From Podarcis vaucheri (lineage: Eukaryota), in assembly GCA_965113315.1 (NCBI GenBank), contig OZ220367.1: 64,000 nucleotides of DNA; one strand, written 5' to 3'. Position numbers and translations under genes: made by a program. The notes under the pieces were generated by a model. The model saw only the letters and a program-made list of their open reading frames with translations, ran no database searches and had not been told where the DNA came from. How positions within the stretch are numbered: the stretch's first letter is position 1; each line of letters begins with the position of its first letter. Below, piece by piece: positions 12,501 to 25,661 of the stretch.

Positions 12501-13110
12501 ATCTAGACGGTGCATTGTAAAGTTAACTAAGGACAGCCAACTGTCAGCTGCTTGGGGTTTCCTCCCCCTGATACATTTCAGTTTTCATTAGCAGGAAGAA
12601 ATTTGATCCGAAGGTGAAAATTTCATTACAGATCATGGATACACACAGACCTGTTTAGGTAGGCAAAGTTCCAGTGCATATTGCAGACATTAACAACTGG
12701 CAACTGGAAACCGATGCCATTTTAGACATGCTTCCTCCTCCTTCCTTAAAGAATGCTGTTACATTACTGGTATCTTCTGCACATCTGCCTTCCAACAAAT
12801 TCGTAAATATTTCCTTCTTCCATGAATAAACACTGCAGATCAACAGTGCACTCCTCTCAGAAGCAAGTCCCACTGAGTTTAGTGGGAACTTCTTCCCAGA
12901 TGTTTAGGACTGCAGCCTAAGCAATCAGATTAAGTAGCAGCATATTGCATATACAACATAATGTGCTTTGAGGTACTAAAAAAAAAGTGCTGGAGCCTGG
13001 GTTGTTGGGTGCCACCTGCTGGTTTAAGATGGAATTAACATACTAAACAGAAGGCAAAAAATCAAATGTAGCTGTGATTGCCCATAAGAAAAATTCCAAA
13101 ATAGGCATTA

Positions 13111-13460
13111 GGATACGCGGGTGGCACTGTGGGTTAAACCACAGAGCCTAGGACTTGCTGATCAGAAGGTCAGCGGTTCGAATCCCTGCAGTGGGGTGAG
13201 CTCCCGTTGCTCGGTCCCTGCTCCTGCCAACCTAGCAGTTCGAAAGCACCTCAAAGTGCAAGTAGATAAGTAGGTACCGCTCCGGCAGGAAGGTTAACAG
13301 TGTTTCCGTGTGCTGCTCTGGTACGCCAGAAGTGGCTTAGTCATGCTGGCCACATGACCCGGAAGCTGTACGCCGGCTCCTTCAGCCAATAAGCGAGATG
13401 AGCGCTGCAACCTCAGAGTTGGTTACGACTGGACCTAATGATCAGGGGTCCTTTTTATTA
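13111..13460 (+). mobile_element. Sauria SINE
   Basis: Same head and body as 7857-8222. Confidence 0.88.
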
Positions 13461-13988
13461 CGTTTATAAGGCCAAACAAGCTTCACAGAACAATTTCAAC
13501 TGGTTTTTAGTGTCCTACCAAATTTTAATCAAGGTATATTAAAAGCTTGTCCACAGTTCAGTTATAAGGAAACTAAATGTTGTCCAGCAGTAAGAAATAA
13601 ACACATCCTGTACCTTTATGTCTCTTTAAGATCTTGTATGCCATGTGTAAGCATACATCTCTATGCAATATAGTAGCCCCACAGAAATGAACGCACATAA
13701 GCTAGTTATGTCCACTAATTTAAACGGGTCTACTCCAAGTTTGATTTTGTGCGATGCAACCAACAATGTTTCACCTGCCTGTGTTTCTGAACTTGGGACC
13801 CTTACTGGCAGATGGTGCCAGCTTCATTATGGAGCCAGACCTTCTGTGAAACAGTTGTGCCGCTGTTTATGTAGCGCCATCCATGTTCTTGGAACTTCAA
13901 GACAATGACAGATCCCTGCCTTAAAATGCAACACAAGCAAGGCAACAGAGGGAGGGAGAAGAAGGCAAAGGTAAGCAGAAGATGAGGA

Positions 13989-14364
13989 AAAGGTAAAGGA
14001 CCCCTGGACGGTTAAGTCCAGTCCAAGGTGACTGTGTGGCGCTCATCTTGCTTTCAGGCCGAGGGAGCCAGCGTTTGTCCACAGACAGCCTTCTGGGTCA
14101 TGTGGCCAGAGGAACTAAACCACTTCTGGCACAACGGAACAGTGCGATGGACGCCAGAGCGCACGGAAAAGCCATTTACCTTCTCGCCACAGCAGTACCT
14201 ATTTTTCTACTTGCACTTTTTTGCGTGTTTTCGAACAGCTAAGTTGGCAAGAGCTGGGATGGAGCAATGGGAGCTCACCCTGTCGAGGGGATTCGAACCA
14301 CCGACTTTCTGATCAGCAAGCCCAAGAGGCTCAGTGGTTTAGACCACAGCGCCACCCGCATCCC
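13989..14364 (-). mobile_element. Sauria SINE
   Basis: Reverse-complement copy with (AAAGGT) tail on the left and tRNA-like head on the right. Confidence 0.85.
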
Positions 14365-16508
14365 TTTTGAAGAAGGTGAGTATGCACTCAGTTCAGTTAC
14401 CTGCCTATAGGGTTAGTCTGAGAAGGGAGATAATATGTTGTCCAAAAGATACTCCAGAAAAGGTGGGTTTTGAAAACAGAATATGGTAGGACAGGCATTT
14501 CCCTGCTTACGCAGCAGTTAAGAGCCCTAGGTACTGCATGTATACATAAAATATGGTGGGGAACACCATCTAAAAAACCTGCAAAGACCCTCTAAACCTC
14601 TGGGAACCCTTGAAAAAAACATTAAAAACCTGCAGCACTTACCAGATGCAAAAAATGCCAACTTTCCACCGTCCTCAAAGGTTGGTGCAAAGGATCCTGG
14701 GATTGCTAGCTGTTTTCCCCACTCTCTTCGTACCATTTTTGTGGTTTCCCCTGGTTACCTGTGCATTTCTGGGCACGATTCAAAGTGATGGTGACTTTTA
14801 AAGGCCTAAATGGTTTGAGACCAGGGCATTTGCAGGGCTTTCTTTCTTCACATGAAGGCCTTGCTTATGGCCTGCCTAAGATCAGTTAAATTGGTGGTTG
14901 CTAGAGACGGGGCCTTCTCAGTAGTGGCTCTTACCTTCTGGAACTCCCTCCCAATGGAAGTTTGCTTGGCTCTTTAAAAATGGTAGTGATGTGTTCTGCT
15001 TTATTGCTGTGGTTTTATTCAGTAACTTATTTTTGGGAAATCAATCCAAGTATGCATGTTTACAGAGAGCCGGAAGATTCCCCCCTTTTCATAATACGTC
15101 AATGACAAGAAATATTAATAAAATAAAATATAGAATTATTATAACATATTTGAAATTCACATTTGCTTCACAGAAATATCTGATAATCATTGCAAATTCT
15201 GTCCACCAAGTTTATCTGGACTCTGAAGAAACAGATAACGCATTGGTTCCATTTAAGTGTGCATTGTGCCATACTGGTATTCTGCTTGGATCTTCTGATT
15301 ATACAAATGATATAAACTCTGTATTTTTAAAGTTTATCCCCTAAAGAACTGCACTACAGTGGCAGAAAGCTTTTCAGAAAGCTCCAGAAACCACATTTTT
15401 TCATACCTCGACTCTATGCAGAGATGCTGTTTTATGATTCTACGTCTGTTGCTTTGGAAGATGTTTTTATACTGGTATATTATAGTATTGTTTTTCTGGA
15501 CCCCCCACCCCAATTCTGTTATGGTATTATGATGTATTGCTTTACAGCAGGCTTATAAATATTTAAGAGCAGGGAGGGAATCACTTCCTCCCAAACTGAT
15601 CTCAATTCTACTTTGACTATAAACCGATGTGATTTTTTTTTTTAAGGTAATGACTGTTGAAAATATAAGTCCAATTCTAATTAAGAATATCCTGTACATC
15701 CCTGAGTGTGCTTGGATGAACTAACCCTATCATTAGACTGCTTAATGCATGAGACTTCTTTTAATAGACTCTGTAAATTACTTGGCGATTGGGAGGGTGG
15801 GGAAAATCTTTACATGTTGCTCCTTCCCTCTTAGGTATTGGTAGTGGGCTCTAAGAAATCCTTTACACACACCGCAGAAAACAAACCCATCTTCCAGGGT
15901 TCGAAGCTCCCCGCATTAATCACTGATAACAACATTTAAAAACTCTCCATTAGCAGATCTGCCATTCATCATTGTTGCATAAACAGAACCTACACTGGGA
16001 CCAACTATATAGATAGATTCATCATTGATTTCTACAGGTTTTCGACACACTTCCACTTATAAGTCACTTAGAGGACCATCAATAATTTACCAGTAAATAA
16101 ATAATGCTTATATACTGCAGTCACGGCAACAAAAATCTTTCATACTGTGTCAGAGGTCAGCAGCCTGTGATGTACCTCTCAGAAAATATTCATAAGGTTG
16201 CAAATCTATAAAGCAAGTACTTGTATTGGAATATTTTTGTTGTTCTTTGAAGGAGGCATTTGTCTACGACTGGTGCTGTTTCATTAAACTTCTTTGTTAT
16301 GTTAAGGGAGAGCACCATGTCTTCCACGCTCACCATCATGTCAATAGCTGCAAAGTGTTAAGTAAGAGGTGTGTGCGTGCGCGCATAGCTTTCTTATAAG
16401 GATTTTGTCACAATTTATTGGAGAAGATTTCAAACTCGATTCACAATGATGGTCAATTCACATGACCATGTTGACACACTAAGAATGAAAGTATCTAGGC
16501 TGACTTTA

Positions 16509-16750
16509 CAGTGGTACCTCGGGTTACATACGCTTCAGGTTACATATGCTTCAGGTTACAGACTCCACTAACCCAGAAATAGTACCTCAGGTTAAGAACT
16601 TTGCTTCAGGATGAGAACAGAAATTGTGCTCCGGCAGCGCAGCGGCAGCAGGAGGCCCCATTAGCTAAAGTGGTGCTTCAGGTTAAGAACAGTTTCAGGT
16701 TAAGAACAGACCTCCGGAACGAATTAAGTACTTAACCTGAGGTACCACTG
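16509..16750. mobile_element. Tigger/pogo-type MITE
   Basis: TA|CAGTGGTACCTC ... GAGGTACCACTG|TA. Confidence 0.88.
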
Positions 16751-17362
16751 TACAAGCATAGATTGCAACCTATCTTACATGAGCCACAATGCATTTTTGG
16801 AGTTTGGCAGATACAATAAACAGTTTGGTTTTATGACTCGACTCCAAGCTTCCAAGCTTGTTCGTTTTCTTTTAAAAAGATGTCAAGAGGTTCTCTATAA
16901 AGAGGGGAAAGGACTTCTGGCAGAGGCAGATACATGGACTACTTTAAACAATACACTGAATAGAAAAATAAGTGCCTAGAATAGCTGGGACTTGCAGCTT
17001 ACATAAACTATGCAAATTAAACACATCACAACATTTGCTTCAGCAAATCTTAGGAAGGAGCAAGGATTTATGGAGGGTGCTGAAGCTTTCCCAGCTGGAA
17101 ATCCCACTCAGCACCTCCCTCTGCTTCTGAAATTTAATTCCCCCTACATTTCCAAGCTTACCTTTGAATCTGTACATCTCTTCCAACTACGAAGTTTTCA
17201 TCCTGACATTGTTTTATGTGTAAGCGGTCCTCAGATTTAAACAACTAAAGTGCAGTATTTAAATGTCATAAATGAATAGAGGGCTTCTGAGATGGAAATG
17301 AGTAGCAGTACTGGGTTAGATCAAATTGGGCCCAGCTGCTAACAAGCAGGCTATAACTAGAA

Positions 17363-17498
17363 CAGGCCTCCTCAACCTTGGCCCTCCAGATGTTTTGAGA
17401 CTACAATTCCCATCATCCCTGACCACTGGTCCTGCTAGCTAGGGATCATGGGAGTTATAGGCCAAAAACAACTGGAAGGCCGAGGTTGAGGAAGCCTG
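17363..17498. mobile_element. hAT-type palindromic MITE
   Basis: Inverted ends CAGGC.TCCTCAACCT; perfect 8-bp TSD AACTAGAA at 17355-17362 and 17499-17506. Confidence 0.88.
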
Positions 17499-17989
17499 AA
17501 CTAGAAGAAGAGACAAATACCATGAGCACCAAAGTTCCTTTTTTCAGAGTATATCCCCTGTGGTTGCTCTCAGGACTGCCAAGAGGCAGGTTCAGCAAAG
17601 AGCTCCGGACTCCAAGCTCTTCTTCTTTTTTTTAAAAAAAGTAAAACTCTAGCCCCCCACGAAAGAAACCTTTGAAGCAAAATGTGCAGTTACCCTTCTA
17701 TGTGATTTCTGTGAGATGAGCCAGTAGACAGTTGCCTGCAGCACCTTTCTGAAGGCACTTCAAACAGCAGCAGATGAAGCTGGCAGTAGTATCACAGAAA
17801 GAAGAAACTTACAAAGAAAATTTATTGAGAATCAGGAGACAAATGAAAAGTCTTGAGTATTATTTTAGAGAGGAAATGTTTTATTTGTGTTTTGTTAAAA
17901 CAAAAACCCAGTATATGAATCACTGAGACAGCTTTCAGGGGGCGGAATCCATGGAGAACAATGTTGCCCATCATTTGTTCTGTTCTGAT

Positions 17990-17990
<1 letters not shown>

Positions 17991-18033
<43 letters not shown>

Positions 18034-19005
18034 TTATTTATACCCCGCTCATCTGGCTGAGTTTCCCCAGCCACTCTGGGCAGCTCCCAATCGAGTATTA
18101 AAAACAGTACAGCATTAATTATTAAAAACGTCTCTAAACAGGGCTGCCTTCAGATGTCTTTTAAAAATAGGATAGCTGCTTATTTCCTTGACATCTGATG
18201 GGAGGGCGTTCCACAGAGCGGGCGCCACTACCGAGAAGGCCCTCTGTCTGGTTCCCTGTAACCTCACTTCTCGCAATGAGGGAACCACCAGAAGGCCCTC
18301 AGCACTGGATCTCAGTGTCCGGGCTGAACGATGGGGGTGGAGACGCTCCTTCAGGTATACAGGACCAAGGCCATTTAGGGCTTTAAAGGTCAGCACCAAC
18401 ACTTTGAATTGTGCTCGGAAACGTACTGGGAGCCAATGCAGAGCTCTCAGGACTGGTGTTATATGGTCCCGGTGGCCACTCCCAGTCACCAGTCTAGTTG
18501 CCACATTCTGGATTAGTTGTAGTTTCCGGGTCTACTGCACATTGCAGTAGACCAAGCGAGAGATAACTAGAGCATGCACCACTCTAGAAAGACATTCTGC
18601 AGGCAGGTAGGGTCTCAGCTTGCATACCAGGTGGAGCTGGTAGACAGCTGCCCTGGACACAGAATTAACCTGCGCCTCCATGGAGAGGTGGGAGTCCAAA
18701 ATGACTCCCAGGCTGCGCACCTGGTCCTTCAGGGGCACAGTTGCCCCATTCAGGACCAGGGAGTCCCCCACACCCGCCCACCCCCTGTTCCCCCAAAACA
18801 GTACTTCTGTCTTGTCAGGATTCAACCTCAATCTGTTAGCCGCCATCCATCCTCCAACCGCCTCCAGCCACTCACACAGGACATTCACCGCCTTCAGTGG
18901 TTCTGATTTAAAAGAGAGGTAGAGCTGGGTATCATCCGCATACTGATGAACACCCAGCCCAAACCCCCTGCTGAGCTCTCCCAGCGGCTTCATATAGATG
19001 TTAAA
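17991..19005 (-). mobile_element. L2 LINE 3' fragment with (AAT)n tail
   Basis: ORFs with HQYADDTQLYLSF...LRLNPDKTEVL and HITPVL..LHWLPV.FR.QFKVL...RAFSVVAP.LWN.LP; microsatellite tail at about 17992-18033. Confidence 0.9.
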
Positions 19006-19719
19006 AAGCAAAATATCCATGGCAAGACACACTATTACAAGAGTTGCTTGGACTAGCTCTGCGAACTAGCTGTGTACAGAGCAAAGAACCACCAGGTATA
19101 CAGTAAGGAGCATTTTCCTGGGCAGCAAACTGTTTACAGTACAGACACTCCCCACCCCAATTATGTGCGTTCAATATGTGTGCAACTGCAAACACACGCA
19201 TCATGCCAAACCAGAAAATGCCACAAATAGGGGCAGAACGGGGTGTTTGCAGGATTTTTCAATAGTGTTTCAAATATATGTGATTTCACACGCAGTGCCT
19301 TGGACTGTAACCCCTGTGTAAACTGGGAATTTCCTATACTGGACCGGCTCCACCCATGAAGGTGGAGAGGAACTATTTAACTGGAAGGGCTATAAAACTT
19401 TACTCTTTTGGCTAGTACTTCGGACAACAATAGCCTTCCTGGATCTTCTGTGGTTTTGCTTCTTGCTCCCACACTATAGCTGATGATTGACGATAGCCCA
19501 ATGTGTGGGATTCAATTTGAAGAACACATCAACAAAAGAATACACACATTTCCTAGATAACATAGGATCCAGTGGAAAGATATGTAAGAATGGTAATGTG
19601 GTTTTGTTCTTAGCAAATCCCACTAATACAAGTGGGTCATGCTGTTAAGGTAATATGAATTCACTAGAAAGACCTGAATGTTTAGTGAACTGTGTTTAGC
19701 ACAAGATGCATTGACTTAA

Positions 19720-19935
19720 GAGAGTAAGAATACAAGAAGGACCTTGCTGGATCAGACTGAAGGACATATTAGCCGAGCATCCTGATTCCCAAAGCAACCA
19801 ACCAGATGCCTATGAGAAGTCCAAAAGCTGGAAGGGGGAACACTAGAAGATCTTCGACTTTCTAGCAGCTGATATTCAGAGCCTTGCTCCATGTGATCCT
19901 GGAAGTTGTCCATGCTATCATGACTAGTAGTCAAT
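19720..19935 (-). mobile_element. Old CR1-type 3' UTR fragment
   Basis: TAAGA...CTGGATCAGAC..AAGG...AGCATCCTG motif; similar remnants near 39880-40070 and 54560-54720. Confidence 0.45.
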
Positions 19936-20949
19936 AGGAAATGAGAGAGGCTGTGTGAAATATAGGGCTGAAATAAAGAGCTCATGTGCCGTATATGCCC
20001 AGTTACAACCTGGTACCCCAAAAGCCTTTGACAAAAACGTATGATTTGTCTTTTGACAGCATTCACAGAACTATGGAAACCTATATGCCTGAAGGCAGAC
20101 CACAGTCTTGCATTTTTGTGACATGTTCCTTTCTTGCTGGAGCAGCTAAACGTTGCATCAAAACTACAACTGATATCCTTACCCCAACCGAATAAAGCAA
20201 TTTCTCTCTTTTTCTCCTTCAGCTTTCTACTCATATTTCACATAACAACATATTTTAAGGGATGAAGCAAAGTTTAGTTGGCAACATGATGCTTCAATAA
20301 TTAATGTAACTTGTAACTACAAATGTATGGGAGAAGATACAGATATAATCTAAGGCCCTGATGCTGCTTGTGCATATGTAATATGGCCTCCATAAGCAAG
20401 AAGTATATTTGCAATACTGAATGCTTTTATTGATTTGCTTTCTATGTCCACCTCACAACTGAGTGTCTTAAAATCTAGCCAACAATGTATGATGGGGAAT
20501 CAGGGTTACTTTTTTACCTCAGTGAAGGTAAATCATCCATCATATACCTTTGGGTATCTCATTCTGAATAGTGTACTGATTTTTTTTGAGCATCTGTCAA
20601 CAGCAAATGTTTCTTACTTTGATTCTATCCTTTCACTTTATTCCTAAGAGTTGAATATACATAAGAGTAGACCTACTGAAATTAATGGCTCTGAGTTAGT
20701 CATGTCCATTAGTGTTAATGAGTTTGGTTTGAGTGGAACTAACATTTGATACAACCACTAGTAAATAACCCATTAAACATGAATTGAGAAAAAATATATA
20801 ATATATGTCATTCACATGTAGCAGACAATCATGTGCTCAAAATGCCACAACTATACCTTCAAGAATTTGGTCCAATGAAAGCTGTAGATCTCCTGTCCCC
20901 CAGAATGTATGGCATGATAAGAGAGAGTTTCTGCTTAACCCTCAAAAAG

Positions 20950-21420
20950 AAGGGCATTTTTGCTGACCAGGTTTAATTCAAACCCATCAAACCTCCTTTG
21001 GAGAAGGTTCTCAGGCAGGGTGGAAGGAGAAAGAACTTGCCCATGTGAAGACCACCTGGTGGAAACCCTTACACATATGGTTCTTAATTGTAAACTATAT
21101 GCTGATCTCCGTCAGCAATTTCTAGATCAACTCTGCATCCCCAAATGGAAACCAGAGTTGGAGGTCATACATTTTCTATTACTGGGGAATGATCAGGAGC
21201 TCACCAAGTTAGTGGCTAAATATCTCCATCTGGTTTTTTGTCGTTGAAATACACTGCAGACGTCTAATCTCCTTGGAGACCTAGAGATGTGACGATAGAC
21301 TGCTCTGCCTCCTTTCCTTTAGCAAATGTTTTGTGCCACTGGGGAAGTGGTAATTCTGTATTGACTTGTTTTGGATGTTTGTATGTGATGTCAATAAAAG
21401 GTTTGATGATGATGATGATA
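20950..21420 (+). mobile_element. Non-LTR retrotransposon 3' end (RTE-X-like) with (GAT)n tail
   Basis: ORF with zinc-knuckle R.CPC....ETL.H..L.C.LY..LR, then AATAAA and (GAT)n at about 21393-21420. Confidence 0.65.
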
Positions 21421-22727
21421 AGATTGCATACTTATACATGATTTTTTTTGTGCACAGCTTAGGATATAGCTCAGCTCAATCTTTTATACATGTGAGAACG
21501 TAATAGGAGAGTAGTGGATCCAGAGAGGCCTGTGAATATTGTGCAAAGCAATTTCCTAGGCACATGAGTGTTGGGTTGAAATAAGCGACAGACTGGTCAC
21601 TTCCAACAGCAATTTCACTCACCCATCCAGAGGCTCCTCCGACTTTCAAAGCAGGGCTTGAGGGCTGCCACTGGTGGGAGTGGAGAGAGAAACTGAAATG
21701 TCCTTGCACATGTGTGAAATAGTACACACAGTACTTTGAATCTCAGCCACTATTGGGGAAATAGTAAAATGTGGACACCGCCAAAGAGGAACACCTGCTT
21801 TATCAACTAACAGCAACCCTCCTTTCACTGAGTGGAAGTTTGCAGTGTCTTTAATATGACATTGTTTGCCACTCGTCTAAAAATATCCAAATAAAACTCA
21901 AACGGGAGACTGAAGAGTGCATAGCTCAAAATACTCTTTTATTTAAAGAACCTTGAATTGTTAGCAAAGCGTACTTAGTAAGATTACACTGTCGTTATGT
22001 AGTTTAGGGATAGTTGGTGCCTTTCCTATACAACTGCCAGTTTCCAATTCTTATCAAGGAGCTCCATGCCTGGACTTTGAATGAGCATCAATGGGGAAAG
22101 TGTCACAGAATCTAGTGGTATGTTTCACCCTTAGAGCACAGAGCTATTAAATAGTATCTTAATACCTTACAATTGCATCTATATAACTACACACTGGAGA
22201 CAGTTTAAGAATGAAAACTGCAAAACACCAAATGATCTCTTCTCTTTCCCCTCTATTTGTCTGTGTCCTGTATTCAGAATAATTTGTTGAACAGGCAGCA
22301 AAGCATATGATTACATTTTAATAATGATAGAGAACAGAGAAAGTTAGGACTTGCCTGCTTCTGTTGGGAGGAGAGAGGTATTAAATTGTTAAGGAAACAA
22401 ATCCTAAACGTTCTTTCCAACGGGACTGAATTTTGTCAAAACACCACCAGGATCTCTCAGCTGCCTTCAGGACAATAAGGCATAATTTCTTATATGCAGT
22501 AATTTAGCAGATCTTCCCTCTCCCTCTCATCTCGCCTTCATTCTACCCACCATCCATTCAGATACGCGCAGTTATGCTAAGACAATTCTCAATTAAAACA
22601 ATGTTGGCCTCAAATAGAAGCCAAGGTAAAAAATTTATTTCTTGATAGGCCATGCTTACTTGGACACTCATCCAGTTTTACCACTGGATTTTTATAGCAC
22701 AGAAGACACTGAAATTCTGTAGGCTAT

Positions 22728-22829
22728 TTAATTCACCCAGGCCACAGGACTGCCCATTAGCCTCTCTTGACGAAGAGAAATCAACCTCTGGAACCATCTT
22801 TCTTCTGCTTCTGCCTTGTCAACAAATAG
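22728..22829 (-). CDS. RSRC1: RSRC1 terminal coding exon including stop
   Basis: ctcttacag|CTATTTGTT... encodes [33 protein letters not shown], matching RSRC1 [30 protein letters not shown]. Confidence 0.93.
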   Translation of the reverse strand, partial: LFVDKAEAEERWFQRLISLRQERLMGSPVAWVN

Positions 22830-23840
22830 CTGTAAGAGAGGAAGAAAAGATACAACATGTAGACATTTTGCTGAGGATTAATATTTGTGAGTATTGAAAA
22901 TACCCCATAAATCCATTGCCAGAAACCTCAAGCAATCAGTAGTGCAGTGGAAAACCCACACTGAGATGCCCTCATCAAAGTTAGGATTTTGTTGTGTTTT
23001 TCCACGGATTTTCAGCATCTGTCAAATTGTGGTACGATCTGCATCAGGTCTTAGCTTAGAGCATACGCCATATATCTGTACCATGCCAACTGCGTAACCA
23101 CAATCACTATCCACTTATCTAGGCACTTTTGAGGTCTGGCATCACTATCTATAAATTAATCCTGTGTCACATCACTGGATCCTTCAAGCATCTCTGTAGA
23201 ATTGGAAAGATCTCTGCTGCAGCAAGTGAAGAGTGCCTACAAAGCCTGAATCTAATTACGGTAGACAGAAGTTCAGGAAGATAGGTGCTTCCTCCAAGTA
23301 TGCTAAGAGCATGTAAGAAAGACAGATTTCTATATTCTGATGTATACAATGCAGTGCGGGCAATTCAAAGGAAGTTATTGAAATGTGGGTACGTTTGTAT
23401 ACCATAATGTAGCTAAAAAAGCTTTGAAGTAATAAATGGATGCAATTTTCAGAATACCCTTTTTAATACTTCTTAAAAAGAGAGGCCATCCTCTGGAATG
23501 TAAGTGAATATGAGAGGTAAGACTGCTTCCCCCCTCTCCTCCCCCCCACCCAACAGTTCATAAGTCTGAAAAATAAATAGAAGGAATGAAAAAACCCAGA
23601 TTTAGCTCTACCTAAATCTGGTTATAGCAATTTGATTCCCATATGATTCCCACATTTACACGGCAATGCGCATGCTAATAGTTCTAGTGTTAAATGTTTT
23701 GTGAAAGTTGTTGGACTTTATTCAAAATAACCAGCATACACATAGGAACATATATACACATAGGAACATAACCTAATCTCTCCCCTTCCACAAGAACTTT
23801 GTTAGATAAAGGCTGTTGTAATAAGCATAACCACACTCAC

Positions 23841-23987
23841 ATTAGGATGGGCTAGTGAGTTTTCATCTTGGTATTTGATAGCAGTAGGAATAATTCCAGG
23901 CACTGTTTCTTTTTCAATAGATGTGAGAACAGAACTTCCCAGTTCTGCTGCTGCAGCTTCGCTTTTGACTTCCGCGGGTTCTGTTGC
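23841..23987 (-). CDS. RSRC1: RSRC1 penultimate coding exon, 147 nt
   Basis: attag|GCAACAGAA...CCTAAT|gtgagt encodes ATEPAEVKSEAAAAELGSSVLTSIEKETVPGIIPTAIKYQDENSLAHPN; the motif IPTAIKYQD.NSLAHPN matches RSRC1. Confidence 0.93.
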
Positions 23988-25554
23988 CTAATTGAGAGTG
24001 CAGGGTAGGGGATAAAATTCACACACAATCTTCATAGTCTAATTAATTCCACTCTGAATAATATGAGAACATCATTGTCCTGTGACAGTAGACTGATAGT
24101 GAGAAATATACTGAATAACAGGAATTTCATGTTAAAGAATTTTGCCTAAACTAACCCACCATGTCTATTTTAGTGGATGCATGGAAGCACCAGAATGCCT
24201 TGGAACCTACAACTATAGACTGGACAGAAGCCAGTTTGAGATTCTGAACTTGCTGAATTCTAGAGCAAGGAATTTCATTTATCTTTATAGGATCCTAAAT
24301 CCTAAAGTCTCAAAACAGTTGTCACAAATATTTGTGCATTTCTCTTATGAAACCAAATTAATAAGATAAGGGGGGGGACTGTTTCCAAGGGCTCACAAAC
24401 TAATATATATCTATTTGCAGCAAGGGATGCTTTATCATATAAGACATATATAGTGAAAACTGCAAAGGCCTGCTTGAAGAGATAGGATACTATGCTCCAG
24501 CTGAAACTAGAATAGTGCTTCTGCAATAGTTCTGTAGATGACTATGGCACCGTCTAGCTCAGTCCTATTTACCCTGACTGGAAACAGATCTCCGGGGTTT
24601 CAGATGAGCTTTTCCCCGCCGTACATGAAGATTTCAACAACTGGTCATCCACGTGATACACACAGCACTTATCATCTTATTTAGCATCCCCCCCCAAGAG
24701 TATCCTTTCACTCACCTTTTACATGACAAAGGGCATGCATTTCCTGACACACAGACTAATTTCAGTGTTGGAAAAAATAATGACTGGAGATTCCCTCCAA
24801 ATATAGTTTGTCCAACCCGCACCTAACCCACAACTCCAGTGCAGGAGAACTCCCTCTTAATCATCAGCCCAAAGATCTTTGGAATTATTACTGCTTCAGA
24901 TCTGGAATATCTTTATCTGTTCATTTGGGAAAACGTGATATGGTAAACCGCCCCGTGATCTTCGGATGAAGGCTGGTATAGAGATTTAATAAACAAGCAA
25001 GCAAGCAACATTCATATGGCACTGGATTCAGAGAAGACCCCACACCTTGATGTGGGGTGGGAGTTGGAGGGCTGATTCGGTCTGGCGGTAGCTTCTCCCA
25101 TTGCAATACATGCTGCTCCACATGACCTTGACAGAGGAGGGCCTTCCCAGGGTGATGCCATCAAAAAGGGGGAAGACAAAAAGCCCTCAGATGTGCAAAA
25201 AGCAGCCTTGTATTTCTCTGTACCCAAACTGGCAGTTTAATAAGTTGGATTGCTATATTAAAAAAATACGGCATTTGTGTCAAAAAATGTCAATACTTAA
25301 AAGCGATACCTGTGCCTTGCTGCAACCAGAACACACTAACTGAATTAAGCACATTATTGTTGACAAAACCTGCATTCCTTTATTGTACCTAAATGCAGAA
25401 TCACATCATTATGGGATCCATATATTTCTGATGACTGGGATTAGGATTACCAGTATGAAAGTCAAAGTCAATGTCAATGTCAACTGCATTAATGTACCGG
25501 CTTTCCACCAGCTCACAAGGGGCTCTATGCAAAGAAAGAAGATTGAAAACTTAC

Positions 25555-25661
25555 CTTTTTGACTTCTTTACTTGATCTGAATGTCTGTGGAACAAAGGAG
25601 TCACTTTCAATTGCTTCAATTTCTTTTACTCGTTTCACTTGCTCTACGAGGCTGGTTTGGT
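25555..25661 (-). CDS. RSRC1: RSRC1 internal coding exon, 107 nt
   Basis: ctatag|ACCAAACC...AAAAAG|gtaag encodes (D)[35 protein letters not shown]; the phase joins correctly to the 58383-58451 exon. Confidence 0.95.

Noticed and set aside
22634-22639. RSRC1 polyadenylation signal (AATAAA on minus; another at 21938-21943)
   Set aside because: Cannot choose among candidates in AT-rich sequence without transcript data.
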